64,000 nt of DNA from Cyanophora paradoxa CCMP329 (Eukaryota > Plantae > Glaucophyta), in assembly GCA_004431415.1 (NCBI GenBank), contig QPMI01000623.1, positions 1 through 64,000 of the forward strand, given 5' to 3'. Each line of letters opens with the position of its first letter. The first letter of the stretch is position 1. The notes beneath the pieces are model-generated. The model saw nothing but the letters and a program-made list of their open reading frames with translations, was not told the DNA's origin and made no database searches. The translations under genes and the position numbers were made by a program. Positions 11,181-22,015 of the stretch are shown one piece after another.

Positions 11181-12288
11181 TCAGGGGGATGCGTGCGCGG
11201 CGGCCGGGTGCTCGTCCTCCTGCACCGCCTGCGAGGCCCAGTGAGGGCCGGGGCGGAGCGGGGCGGGGCGGGGCGGGGCGGGGCGGGGCGGGGCGGGGCG
11301 GGGCGGGGCGGGCCTTGACGCCGAGGACCTCGGGGATATAGTGCATGAGCATGTTCTCGATGCCGCTCTTCAGCGTGACGGAGGAGGAGGGGCAGCCCTG
11401 GCACGAGCCCTGCGGCCGCCGCCCCCTCGCATCTCGATGGGGAGGAGCGCGGCGCCGGGGCGCACCTGCATCTTGACGTAGACGATGCCGTCCTTGAAGT
11501 CGTGGTACACGATGTCGCCCCCGTCGTCCTGCACCGCCGGCCGGATCCTGCACCCCGTCTCCACACCCCGCCCCGCCAGGGCCCGCGGGGCGCGCGCGCA
11601 CCGCGTCTCGAGGAGCTCCTTGATCATGGCGACGGTCTCGCTGTCCTCGGGGTTCACCGTCGTGTCCGAGGAGCCGGCCTCGGCCACCACCGGCTGCCCC
11701 GACGCGAAGAACTCCGTGATCGCCCCGAAGATCTCCACCTTCAGGTACTCCCACTTCCTGCCCCGCCGCCTCAGCCCCGCCGCCGCCGCACGCGAGCGCG
11801 CGGGGGCAGAGCGCCCCGGGCCCCGCTCACTCGCTGTCGTCCTTCGTGACGGTGATGAAGTCCGGCCCGACGTAGACGCTCTTCACGCCCTCGCACTGGA
11901 AGAGCTTCTTTGCCAGCGGGGAGGACAGCGCGGAGCGGGCGCTGGGGAAGTCCAGGCTCTGCCCCGACTCCAGCACGTCTCTTCCAGGCAGGAACTTCAG
12001 GCTGTTCGGGTTTGGCGTCGTCTGCGTCTGGATGAACATCGAACGCCTTGCGCCTGTCGGCCGCCGACCCCCCGCGTCAGCCGGAGGACCGGACGCCCGC
12101 CACGTGCTTCGCGCGGGGGCGTACGAACCCATGGCGTGCAACGGTGGCGCGCGTACGCGCTGCATGTGGATCGGCGTGGGCACGATGTTCGCGGCGAACG
12201 CCGGCGGCCTCACTGCCCCATGAAACGCACGCCACACGACGGCCGACGACGAGGGCGCTCGCCGAAAGAGCATGCAGGCCGCCCGCAT
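11181..12288 (-). CDS. NFU1: Mitochondrial NFU1 iron-sulfur cluster scaffold
   Basis: Basic presequence then [59 protein letters not shown]. Confidence 0.95.
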
Positions 12289-12518
12289 TGTCGCTTGCTG
12301 TACCCTGTTGTAATTTGCACCCTCCACGACGCACTTTGCGCATACCCCTGCCTTGCGAGAGCCATCGGATTACGTACTTCGTCAAGCGGCAGATCAGCTG
12401 CACATCGTCTCCGAGCGATTTCATAGACCCTGATTTTGGTGCGTCACCTCCAGCTCGCGCTACGGAACTCGTGTGCGGCGATTTTCAGCATTGCGCGCTC
12501 ACCGCCATCCAGGTATCG

Positions 12519-13187
12519 ATGGCGACAAAGGATGCCAAGGCCGTGCTTCGTTCCCGGTGGCGCCAGTGTTTCAGCTGAGGCGGGCGGATGAGCTGGCGGC
12601 CCCCTCTGGAGGCCACGCGTCTTCGCTACCGGTGCCACTGCCTGCAGGTATCGACTGCCTGGCCGGACAATGACATGGAACCACTGCCCTGCGCAGGCTG
12701 GAGAACGACTTGGAAAACGTTGAAGTGGATGTGCGCGCTCGCTTCCGCCCTCTCCTCTCTCCCCCCCTCCCGGCCTCCGGCCCCGTCCCTTCCGCCCGGC
12801 CCGGAAGGAGCATGGAGCTCCTCGAGCGCCCGTACCCCCGCCCTTCCCTCCTCCCGGCCTCCTCGATCGCCGCCTCCTCCCGGCCCGGCGCCTCCGCCCC
12901 CCCCCCCCCCCCCCCCCCTTTTTCCGCAGCGATCATGCTGAAGCGCAGGCAGTTCGTTAGGGACGACTCGCTGGGCGACCACCTCGACCTGAGCTTCGTT
13001 GGCGTGCCCGACGACAAGTTCCGGTACATGATCTGGGGTACATGATCAAGTTCCGACGACTCAGGTCGATCAGGTACACGGCGCCGATGTCGGCCCTCGC
13101 CTCGTCCGAGGACATCGTCGCCGTCGTGGAAAGAGTCGTGCAGGCAGGCATAGGAAGACGCGCGCCGGAGCCCCGCTGGGGCTACTA
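12519..13187 (+). pseudogene. Possible LRR-like gene relic, frameshifted
   Basis: Intron-like segments and peptide HLDLSFVGVPDDKFRYMI/KFRRLRSIRY interrupted by a 14-nt insertion at 13034-13047. Confidence 0.3.
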
Positions 13188-13484
13188 GCCCCCGTCCACG
13201 ACGACAACGAGGCCGACCTCGCGCACCCGCGGCGAGCCCTGCAGCCCCGCCCCCGCCCCTCCAAATGAGCGACCCGCGCGCAAAGCGACTCAACACCGCC
13301 AGCGCGGGCCCGATTCGAGCCGCCCCCCTGCGGCGGAGGAGCGCGGCGCTGGGCAGCAGCGCGGCACGCCCCGTGGAGCCCGAGATCGCCTCTTCAAAGC
13401 ATGAAAAATGAATTCGGAGGCAATGAAGGCGTGTGTTGTACAGGGTGGTGTGGGGGCGAGGGGCGGGGCGGGGAGGGCGGTGGC

Positions 13485-16400
13485 CTACACGATGATCGTG
13501 ACGAGGAAGGCGGCATCGGAGCGGTCGCGCGCCGCCGCCGCCGCCGCGGGAGGCGGGGCGGGGCGGCCGCCGGGCGGGGCGCGGGGGCGGCGGGGGCTGC
13601 GGAGGTGGAGGGGCGGGGCGCGGGCGGCGCCCTCCTCGCCGGGGGCGTAGGCGCCGTCGCCCGAGTCGCCGCCGCGGAGGGAGAGGTACTGGGAGGGGAT
13701 GGGGGGGAACTGGATGACGGGGTACCCCCGCAGCGCCTCGGTCATGAAGTCGCGCCAGATCGGCGCCACGTGCCTGGCCCCGGCCGCGTCAGTGCCGCCG
13801 GGGCGGGGCGGGGCGGGGCGGGCGGGCGGACCCGCCGCCGGTGACGCGGCCGCCGAGGGTGCGGTTGTCGTCGTTGCCGACCCAGATCGCGCAGGAGAGC
13901 TGGGGCGTGTACCCCACGAACCTGGCGGGGCGTGGGTGGGTGGGGGGTGGGGGGGGGGGACGGGGCGCGGGGGCGCGGCCGCACCAGACGTCGCGCTCGG
14001 ACGAGGTGGTTCCCGTCTTGCCGGCGGCCGGCCGGTCGGGCAGCTTCGCGCCGCGCCCTGCGAGCGCGCTCGGCGGGGCTCGGGGCGGGGTGGGGCGGGG
14101 CGGGGCGGGGCGTGCCGGTGCCGGCGTCGACGACGGACTGGAGGAGGTTCGTGAGCGCCGCGCACGCGTCCGGGTCCAGCACCAGCCTGCCCCCGCCCCG
14201 CATCACGCCCGCCCCGTCGCGAGGGGCAGGGCGCCGCGGGGCGCGGGGCGGCGGACCGCTGCTGCGGGGTGGAGTCCCAGAGCACGTGCCCGTGCCTGTC
14301 CTTGACCTGCACGGGGCGTCGGAGAGAGGGGGCGAGGGGGCCGCCTGGGGGGGCGCGCCTGGAAGATGAAGGTCGGCTCGGCGTGCCAGCCCCCGCTCGC
14401 GAACGTCGAGTACGAGTTCGCCACCTGCCGCCCCCGCCCCTCGCACCCCCGCCGGCGCGCGAGGGCGCGGCACACCCCGCCCGCCCACCTCGAGGGGGGA
14501 CATGTCCACCGTGCCGAGGACCATCGAGGGGGCGGGGTACGCCGGCTGCGACATCCCGAGCTGCCGGCAGATCTGCAGGGCGGTCGGCGGGGGTAGAGAC
14601 GAGGGGGCGGGGCGGGGCGGGGGTACGGACGTCGACGATGTTGTCGACGCCGAACTCCTGGCCGAGGCGGACGACGGGGACGTTGCGGGAGGCCTGCAGC
14701 GCGCGCCGCACGCTGATCGGCCCGTAGAAGCCGCCGTCGTAGTTCCGCGGAGAGTACGCCACGCCCCACTTCGTGTACGTCTGCCCCGGCCCCCGCCGCG
14801 TCTTGAGCCGGGGCGGAGGGCGGGCGGGCGGGCGGGGCGGGCGGACGACGGGAGAGTCGAGGACGGTGGACTCGGGGCCGTACTTGCCGGAGGCGAGAGC
14901 CGCGTAGTACACGTACGGCTTGAACGTCGACCCCGGCTGTCGGTAGGAGTTGAGCGCCCGGTTGAACTGCGCGGGGGTCAGCCGGCGGGGCGGGGCGGGG
15001 AGGTGCGGGGCGCGGGGCGGGCCTGGGAGCGGTAGAAGTCGATGCCGCCGACCATCGCCTTGATGAAGTGCGTCTGCGGGTCCACCGCCACCAGCGCCAT
15101 CTGGCGGCGCCCCCGGGGTCAGCCCCGGCCCGCCCCCGCCGCCCGGCCGCCCCCCGCAGCCCGCCGGCACCTGTTGCGCCTTGACGCCGCCGCGGCGGAG
15201 GTTGTCGTAGCCCTTCCTGACCGCGTTCTGGGCGGCGCGCTGCATCTTGAGGTCGATGGTCGTCTGGACGAAGAGGCCGCCCCGCGAGACGACCTGCCGC
15301 CCCGCCCCGCCCGCTCGCCCCGCCCCGCCGCCCCCCGAGCGCGAGCGCTGGCCGGCGGGGGCGGCGCACGTCCTTCCCGAACCGCTCGTTCAGCGCATTC
15401 AGCACCGCGTCGGTCACGTACGGCGCTGCCCGCCGCCCCGTCACCGGGCGCCGGCCGGGGCGGGGGCGCCGGCGGGGGCCCCGCACCGTGGCTCATCTGG
15501 CTGTTGAGCTTGTCGATGCTGAGCTTCTCGGCGCGGGCGGCGTCGGCCTCCTGCGGGGACAGGCGGGTGAGAGGCGGGGCGGGGCGGGACGGGGCGGGGC
15601 GGGGGCCGGGGGCGCCTGGGGGGTGATCCAGTTGAGCTCGACGAGGGCGCGGAGGACGGTCTCCTGGCGCTGCTTGGCGAACTCCATGCTGACGAAGGGG
15701 GAGTAGGCCTCGGGGGCCTGGATGAGCCCCGCCATCATCGCCGCCTCCCCCAGCGTCAGCTCCGCCGCACTCTTCCCGAAGTAGTTCCGCGCCGCCGTCT
15801 CCGCCCCGCACTGGTTGTGGCCCCAGTAGATCTGCCCCCGCCCCTCAGCCCCCCGCCCCGCCCCCGCGCGGCGGCCCGGGGCGGGGCGGCGGGGGCGGCG
15901 CACCTGGTTTAGGTAGAGCTCGAGGATCTTGTCCTTGTCGATCTTGCGCTCCAGCCGCAGCGCCAGGATCGCCTCGATCAGCTTTCGCGTGATCGTCCTC
16001 CGCGGGCTGCCCCCGCCCCGTCACGCCCAACCGCGCTGCGCCGCGGGGCGGGGCGGGGCGGGGTCGGGGGCGGGCCTGAGGTAGAGGTTCTTGATGAGCT
16101 GCATGGTGAGGGTGGAGCCGCCCTGGGAGACCTTGCCGCCGCGCGTGTTCGTGACGAGGGCGCGCAGGATGCCCTTCGGGTTGACGCCCGGGTGGGAGTA
16201 GAAGGCGCGGTCCTCGATGGCGAGCACCGAGAGCTTCAGGTTCGGCGAGATGCGCTCGAGGGGCACCACGATCCGGTTCCCCTCCCCGTTGATGTTCGTG
16301 ATGAGCTCCCCGTTCGCGTCGTAGATGTAGATCGACTCGCGCGGCACGTACGCGTTGAGGCTCTCGAAGTCGGGCAGCGTCCTCGCGCACGCCGCCACGA

Positions 16401-16992
16401 AGACGCTCGCCAGGAAGCCCGTCACCAGCACCGAGACGCCCAGGAAGGTAGCCCGGATGATGTTCGCCCAGCGCTCCCAGACCTCGTTGCGGTGCCGGAC
16501 GACGTAGTCGATCCCCTCGAACAGCGCGCGCCCCGCGCCCTGCACGACCTGCACCGCATGCCGAATCGACTGCCAGAACGCGAACAGCCTGAGGGCTTCG
16601 AACACGCCGCCTCCCGCCGCCCCGGGCGCCGATCTAGATTCGCTGACTTGACTGCCGTGCCTAGGTCGCCGAAGCAGCGCCCGCTGCGATCGGGTTCCAA
16701 AGAAGCCTCCGGATAGGGCGCCGGACTGCAAATCGTGGGAGCCGACCGCGAATCGCCTGTGCAGCTGCGCGGCGGTCGGCGGAGAACTGGGCGGGGCGGT
16801 GTGTGCCTGGCGGACCGGACGGGCGGAGTTGCCGAGCGACGTATGCGCTCTTTGTGATCTGGCAGTCGCCGACGAGACAGCCGCCGAGCAAGCATGGGAG
16901 CACGACGCGGCCGCGACGCTCCGGGCAGACGGAGCACCCCAGCTGCTCTCCTTGAGCGCCTGGACAGTCGGCGGCCCCGCAAACGCCGCCAT
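13485..16992 (-). CDS. Class A penicillin-binding protein (PBP1A-like transglycosylase/transpeptidase) with plastid transit peptide
   Basis: MAAF N-terminus, TM segment, GT51 motifs IEDRAFYSHPG, QGGSTLTMQLIKN, RKLIE, ILELYLNQIYWG; transpeptidase motifs STFK, SRN, KTGT. Confidence 0.95.
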
Positions 16993-17233
16993 CCCACTTC
17001 TTAACTCCGGCCGCGCAGCTGTACCCCCAGCCTCCTACTGCGCGTATCCCCCCGTGCTCTCCTGGCTCTCCACGTGGTAAACTGGTCGTCGCCTCGCAGT
17101 ATCAGAGCGCCCCGCCCACAAAGTCAGACCAATCTCGCATCCGCGCGCGTGAACATCAGCCCTTCGTCGTCGTCGTCGTCGACAGCCGCGAGACCAGAGG
17201 CCTTGCAATTGGACGCTACATTCGGGTGGGGCG

Positions 17234-18692
17234 ATGCAGCGATTGTTCGGCACCAAGAAGCCAGCGGCCCCAGCCCCTGATCTTGGTGCCGTCACGGACA
17301 AGGTCTGTTGATGCCCTCGGCTCGGCGCACTGGCCAACTGCCTCCAACCTCGTCCAACCTTGGCCTCGCAGGTGGAGGGACGAGCAGACGCGCTGAATCA
17401 GAAGATCGCGGCGCTCGACAAGGAGCTCCTCGAATGCAAAACGAAGCTCGCGCAGACAAAACCCGGACCAGGCACGCCCGCCCCTGCACATAACTCACAT
17501 AACTCACGCTGTACTTCGAGTCGTCCAACTGCCCTCACGCTGGACTAACTATCTCCGCCGTGCAGCTCAAACAGGAATCAAGAGCAGGGCGATGCAACTG
17601 CTTCGAACCAAGAAGATGATGGAGGCGCAGCGCGACCAGCTTTCTAGCCAGGCCTTCAACATGGGCGCCGTCCGCTTCGCTCACGAGAATGGTAAGCTTG
17701 AAGTCCCCCTGCTCTCCCCTGCATCAGGGGCGTTCTCATTTAAGTTCCGGTTAACAGCAAAATTCGCGGTGGAGCAAGTGGCGGCTATGAAGCAGGGGGC
17801 GGCGGACCTGAAGGCCGGGATGAAGAATCTGAACCTCGGCAAGGTCGAAAATCTGCAGGACGAGCTCGAGGACTTGCTTCTGGACTCGGAAGAGGTACTT
17901 CGCGGACAGCCGGCCGAGCGCGGGCGGGCCGTTGACTGGGAGGGCCTGCAGGTGCAGGACGTGCTCTCGCGGCCCTACAACCTCCCCTCGAGCGTCGACG
18001 AGGCAGATCTCGAGGCCGGTGCGACCCCCCCGCCCCTGATTTTTACCGATGCCGGTTTCTTGCACAGCCCTTTAGACCAGTTCCCACACCGCCGCTCTCC
18101 GTCGGCAGCGTGGACGTTACCGAGGGCGAGAGTAGCCGACGCAAGGGTCGCCGGAGCCCGCGCGGCCGCGTTTTGCGGCCGTCGCGCGCGGGCTGCTGTA
18201 CCCGGGCGTCTCATTTTAGATACTTTTCTTTCAAATTCCGTACCGCGACTTTAATTTCCAAATACCCTTCACTATCTTTTATCCTCGTTCCGCTTGCACA
18301 GCCCTTTAGACCAGTTCCCACACCGCCGCTCTCCATCGGCAGCGTGGACGTTACCGAGGGCGAGAGTAGCCGACGCAAGGGTCGCCGGAGCCCGCGCGGC
18401 CGCGTTTTGCGGCCGTCGCGCGCGGGCTGCTGTACCCGAGCGTCTCATCCCAGAGCTTTTCTTTCGATCGCCTCAGCTAGGCCCTCACCGCCCTCGTCGC
18501 GCGCGTGACGGGTCGCGGGGCGCAGAACTCGCGGGGCTGGAGGAGGAGCTCCTCACCGCGGAGGCCCCGACGACCGCCGGCCTCCCCTCCTACCTCCGCC
18601 CCGCCCAGGCCTCCGCCCCGCCCGCCCCCGAGGAGGCCGCAGCCTACGCCCTCCCCGACGTCCCCAGCCGCCTCCCCTTGCCCTCCCGATAG
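17234..18692 (+). CDS. VPS60: ESCRT-III Snf7-family protein Vps60/CHMP5
   Basis: MQRLFGTKK, RAMQLLRTKKMMEAQRDQLSSQAFNM, VENLQDELEDLL, LSRPYNLP..VDEADLEAELAGL, PSYL. Confidence 0.92.
18059..18214 (+). ncRNA. Candidate intronic box H/ACA snoRNA, copy 1
   Basis: Hairpin GCCCT..AGGGC, H box AGAGTA (18129-18134), second hairpin GACGC..GCGTC, then TCA instead of ACA; lies in the last Vps60 intron. Confidence 0.55.
18293..18448 (+). ncRNA. Candidate intronic box H/ACA snoRNA, copy 2
   Basis: 154/156 identical to copy 1; flanks diverged. Confidence 0.55.
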
Positions 18693-18794
18693 GCGGCCTC
18701 GCCCTCCTCCCTAACTTAGTAACCTGTTGTACCGCCACTGTACCTACTGTATTTTTGTACCTAAATACCACGATGCAGAGAGAAAGCGCGAGGG

Positions 18795-19726
18795 TCAGGC
18801 GGCGAGCTTGCGGCGCTTGACGGCCGGCTCGTCCTCGGGGCTGCGGCCCTCGTCCCCCGCGGGGGCGACGGCGAGCTTGGCGAGGTCCATGCCGGGCAGC
18901 ACGGGGCGGCACCCGTCGGGGCCCGCCAGCACCACCTGCCGCGCCGCTCGCGGGGCGACCGCCGCGCCGGCGCCGGCCGCGGGCGCTGCGCACCTTCACC
19001 GCCACAGACGGGCCGAGGTTCAGGCCGGCGAACCGCGCCGCGAACTCGGGCTGGTCCTCCCATATGCAGACCTGGAACGGCCGCTCGAGCCTGCAGGGGA
19101 CGCGGGCGGGGGGCTCGGACCTCCTTGATGGACGGGAAGAGCCTGCAGAGCTCCTCGATGCAGAGCATCTTCTCGGTCGTCGGGTCGTGCGCCGTCGTCT
19201 TGAAAACTTTGAAGTGGGGCCTTACGCCCTCGCCCTTCAGCACCGCCTCCACTGCCGCTTTTATCTGAGGTATCCTGCCTGTGATCATGCACGTCACCGC
19301 ATCCTGTCTAACTATTTCTGAGCGGAAGTCCGGTAGCGCGGGTCCGGGAGCGGCCGTCAGCGGGGGCAAGAGTGATTCTGCCCGGCCCCACCTGCAGGTG
19401 CGCGCGTAAGGGGAAGCGCGACAATGCACGCTGAACAGGTCAAGTTCACCAGCCGTTGAAAGGCCACGGCGTGCCAGTTGCCCGCTCGTAGGCCGCCTTG
19501 CCAATATCGGGCGCGGGTGTGAGGAAGAGTGTGCCTGCGCGATTCAGCGCGTGAGCCGACGCTGCCGTCGTAGCTAGCGTCTTCATAGGCCGCAGTGCTC
19601 ACCATCGAAGTCGAACACGTTCAGGCGCGTCGCGTGCTGGAGTCTGCTGGCCTTGTTTGAGACGATGACGCTAATCCTTTTCCGCGCCGCCTCGTCCAGC
19701 ACGGGCGAGGAAGACTCGATATCCAT
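18795..19726 (-). CDS. HAD-superfamily phosphatase (HAD_SAK_1-like), copy 2
   Basis: RLNVFDFDG, WGRAESLLPPLTAAPGPAL, TCMITGRI, ELCRLFPSIKEVCIWED, VVLAGPDGCRP; colinear with the gene at 5143. Confidence 0.75.
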
Positions 19727-20683
19727 GACAGCAGCTCAGCAGCTCGTCCTACGCCTCGAACGCGCGGCCTGCCGTCGGCTTGCGGCGCCTTCAGGTAGAA
19801 CTGCTCCGATCACAGCACAGCCGCGGAATTGTGGTGCGGAGATTACAGCGCGGCAGTGGTTTTACAGAGATTTCGCGCTGCCCTGTTCGCACAGCCGACA
19901 GGTGAAGCGCGCGGGTTGAACAGGTGAAGCGCGCGGGTTGAGGTCCGTTGGGCCGAATGCAACGTACCCCCCTGGACCGACGGCTGCGGGGGCGGCTGTG
20001 CGGCTGGGCGGCAGCGGCTTAATACAAGCTAGCCCACGGCATGCATAAGGGCGATCGCCAGCATTTAGGTCTGCGCATGCGCATGCGTCAGCCTCGGCGC
20101 CGGCGCCTGAATCGCTGGAGCCTGAATTTCAAGTTTCGCAGAGTCGACGTTGACGGCGAGAAGTTCGTGCGTGCGCGCGCGCGCGCGGACGGGCGCCGCG
20201 CCGGCGCGGCTCGAACTCGGCCACCTGCAGCCGCTGAGCACGAGGCCTAGGGACTCGAGAGTCTGTGGCGCCGTAGATCTGGACCCGATGAGCAAATATT
20301 TGAACGCAGACCGAACGCGCCGCGCCGGGCATGCAGGAGGCCACTTCGTATTTACAGAATTCTAAAGTACAATGTTGACCGCTACTTCTACACTTCTACA
20401 GAAACCTAAGGTCCCACGAGGCAAACGCTACCTCTCATACATCGCAAAGCGGACTGTACAGAACAGGCCTGGGGCCAAAAGTAGGAGCTGGCTGTAGCCA
20501 GGAGGATGGGAAGCCCGCGGAAGGGGAGTACATAGGGGCATCGAATCCTACTAAGAAAGTCCCAAAAGGCCGTAGAATTACAAGTGTGCTGGGCTGCGGT
20601 GCAACCGAGCTGAAAAAGTTGAAAAAAGGGGCGGCGGGCGCTCGAGTCTTGGGAGTCCCCGACAGCGGCACCGCCGGCGGCGT

Positions 20684-21530
20684 TCATTCGTCGTCGTCGT
20701 CCGAGTCCTCCGTTGTGTCATCGTCCGACTCGTCCTTCTTGCCGTCGTCATCGCTTTTCGCGTACTTCTGAATGTATTCTGCGGAAGAGAAGGTCAGAAT
20801 CGCAACCGACGCACAAAAACAAACGCCGGCAGGCTGCGAACCAGCGACTTTCGCCTTGAAGCGCTCCGGCTCGCGCATGAGCATGGCGGCCGCCTCCCCG
20901 TTCAGGGGGTCGTGTGGGTTCGGGTAGAGGAGGAGCTGAGGAAGGAACGTCTCAAAGACGTTGAGGAGGTCGAACATCGGGCTCCACGTCTGGTTGATCA
21001 CATCCAGGCAGACAGAGCCCGACCTGCACGGACGCGACAGATCAGAACAAGCGGCGCAAAGAAACGCGGAGGCGTCGCGCACATCTCATCCACGTTCGGG
21101 TGGTAGATGCGGTTAGCGAAGCCAATTGAAGGAGACTTGAAAGGATAGGCGTCCGGCAGCTCCACATGGATCCTCCAAACACCCCCCTCGTACGGGCCTG
21201 GCGATGTGGAAAGTGAGCGATTCCAATCAAGGGGCGCCGGCAGTCCGCCGGCAGAGCGGGGACGATAACGGACTGTCTTTCGGGCCCTTAAAAGTCACGT
21301 TGAACTCGGAATTGCTGTTGTTGACGAGGTCGACTTGGTAGTCGGCCATCATCAGCTGCGAGAGGTGTCACCTCGGGCAAAAGATCGAGCTCGGTGCAGT
21401 TATCACGACAGAAACATCCCCACCTTCATCACATCCATGTCACGCCGCTTCGACGGGCTGTTGTTCTGCGGGTTGCAAGAGTCAGAGGCTGAGAGCTGTC
21501 AAGTTCCGCAACCCCAAGAGCACGCACCAT
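20684..21530 (-). CDS. UBC8: E2 ubiquitin-conjugating enzyme Ubc8/UBE2H
   Basis: [58 protein letters not shown], acidic tail; ATG-only first coding exon. Confidence 0.95.
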
Positions 21531-22015
21531 GGTGCCGCTCTCGAAGAAGAAAGACTAAGCGTCGTTGAGGAACTGGATCTTGCTCGTCAGTGGCCGATCG
21601 GCCACGACGCCAGTCACAGGAATTGAAGGCTTACTGGAAAAGAGGAGCCGGGGGCGTTAGATAGTCCCGCGGGTGTTGAATGTGTTTCCTGGAGCGACGG
21701 CGGCCTCTATACACACCGCCGGCGCTCGGGCGCTAATCTCGCTGGAAGGCTCCTGGGGGTAGAGAGAAGTTTGAGTGGGGAACAAAGCTATTGGGGGTAC
21801 CGGTCGAGGAAGAGCAACGTTGCTTGGGCAGAGCCATCCCCAGCCTCGACGACTGACCGAATCCTAGCCTCTTGTAGTGCTGCTCTATCGGAGACCACAC
21901 CTCCACTCGAGCGCCGTTCCGGAGCCCCGGAGGCGCTGGTGCTGCCTTCCACTCGCCCGGCGGCCGAGCGAGCGAGCGCCAGCCTCAGGAACACGCTCGA
22001 GCGCCTTTTAGATAC

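Noticed and set aside
13485-16992. Bacterial contamination
   Set aside because: The gene has host-style introns, a transit peptide and eukaryotic neighbours.
6503-16992. RmlD plus PBP as a cell-wall gene cluster
   Set aside because: Separated by unrelated genes, and the RmlD-like protein has no targeting peptide.
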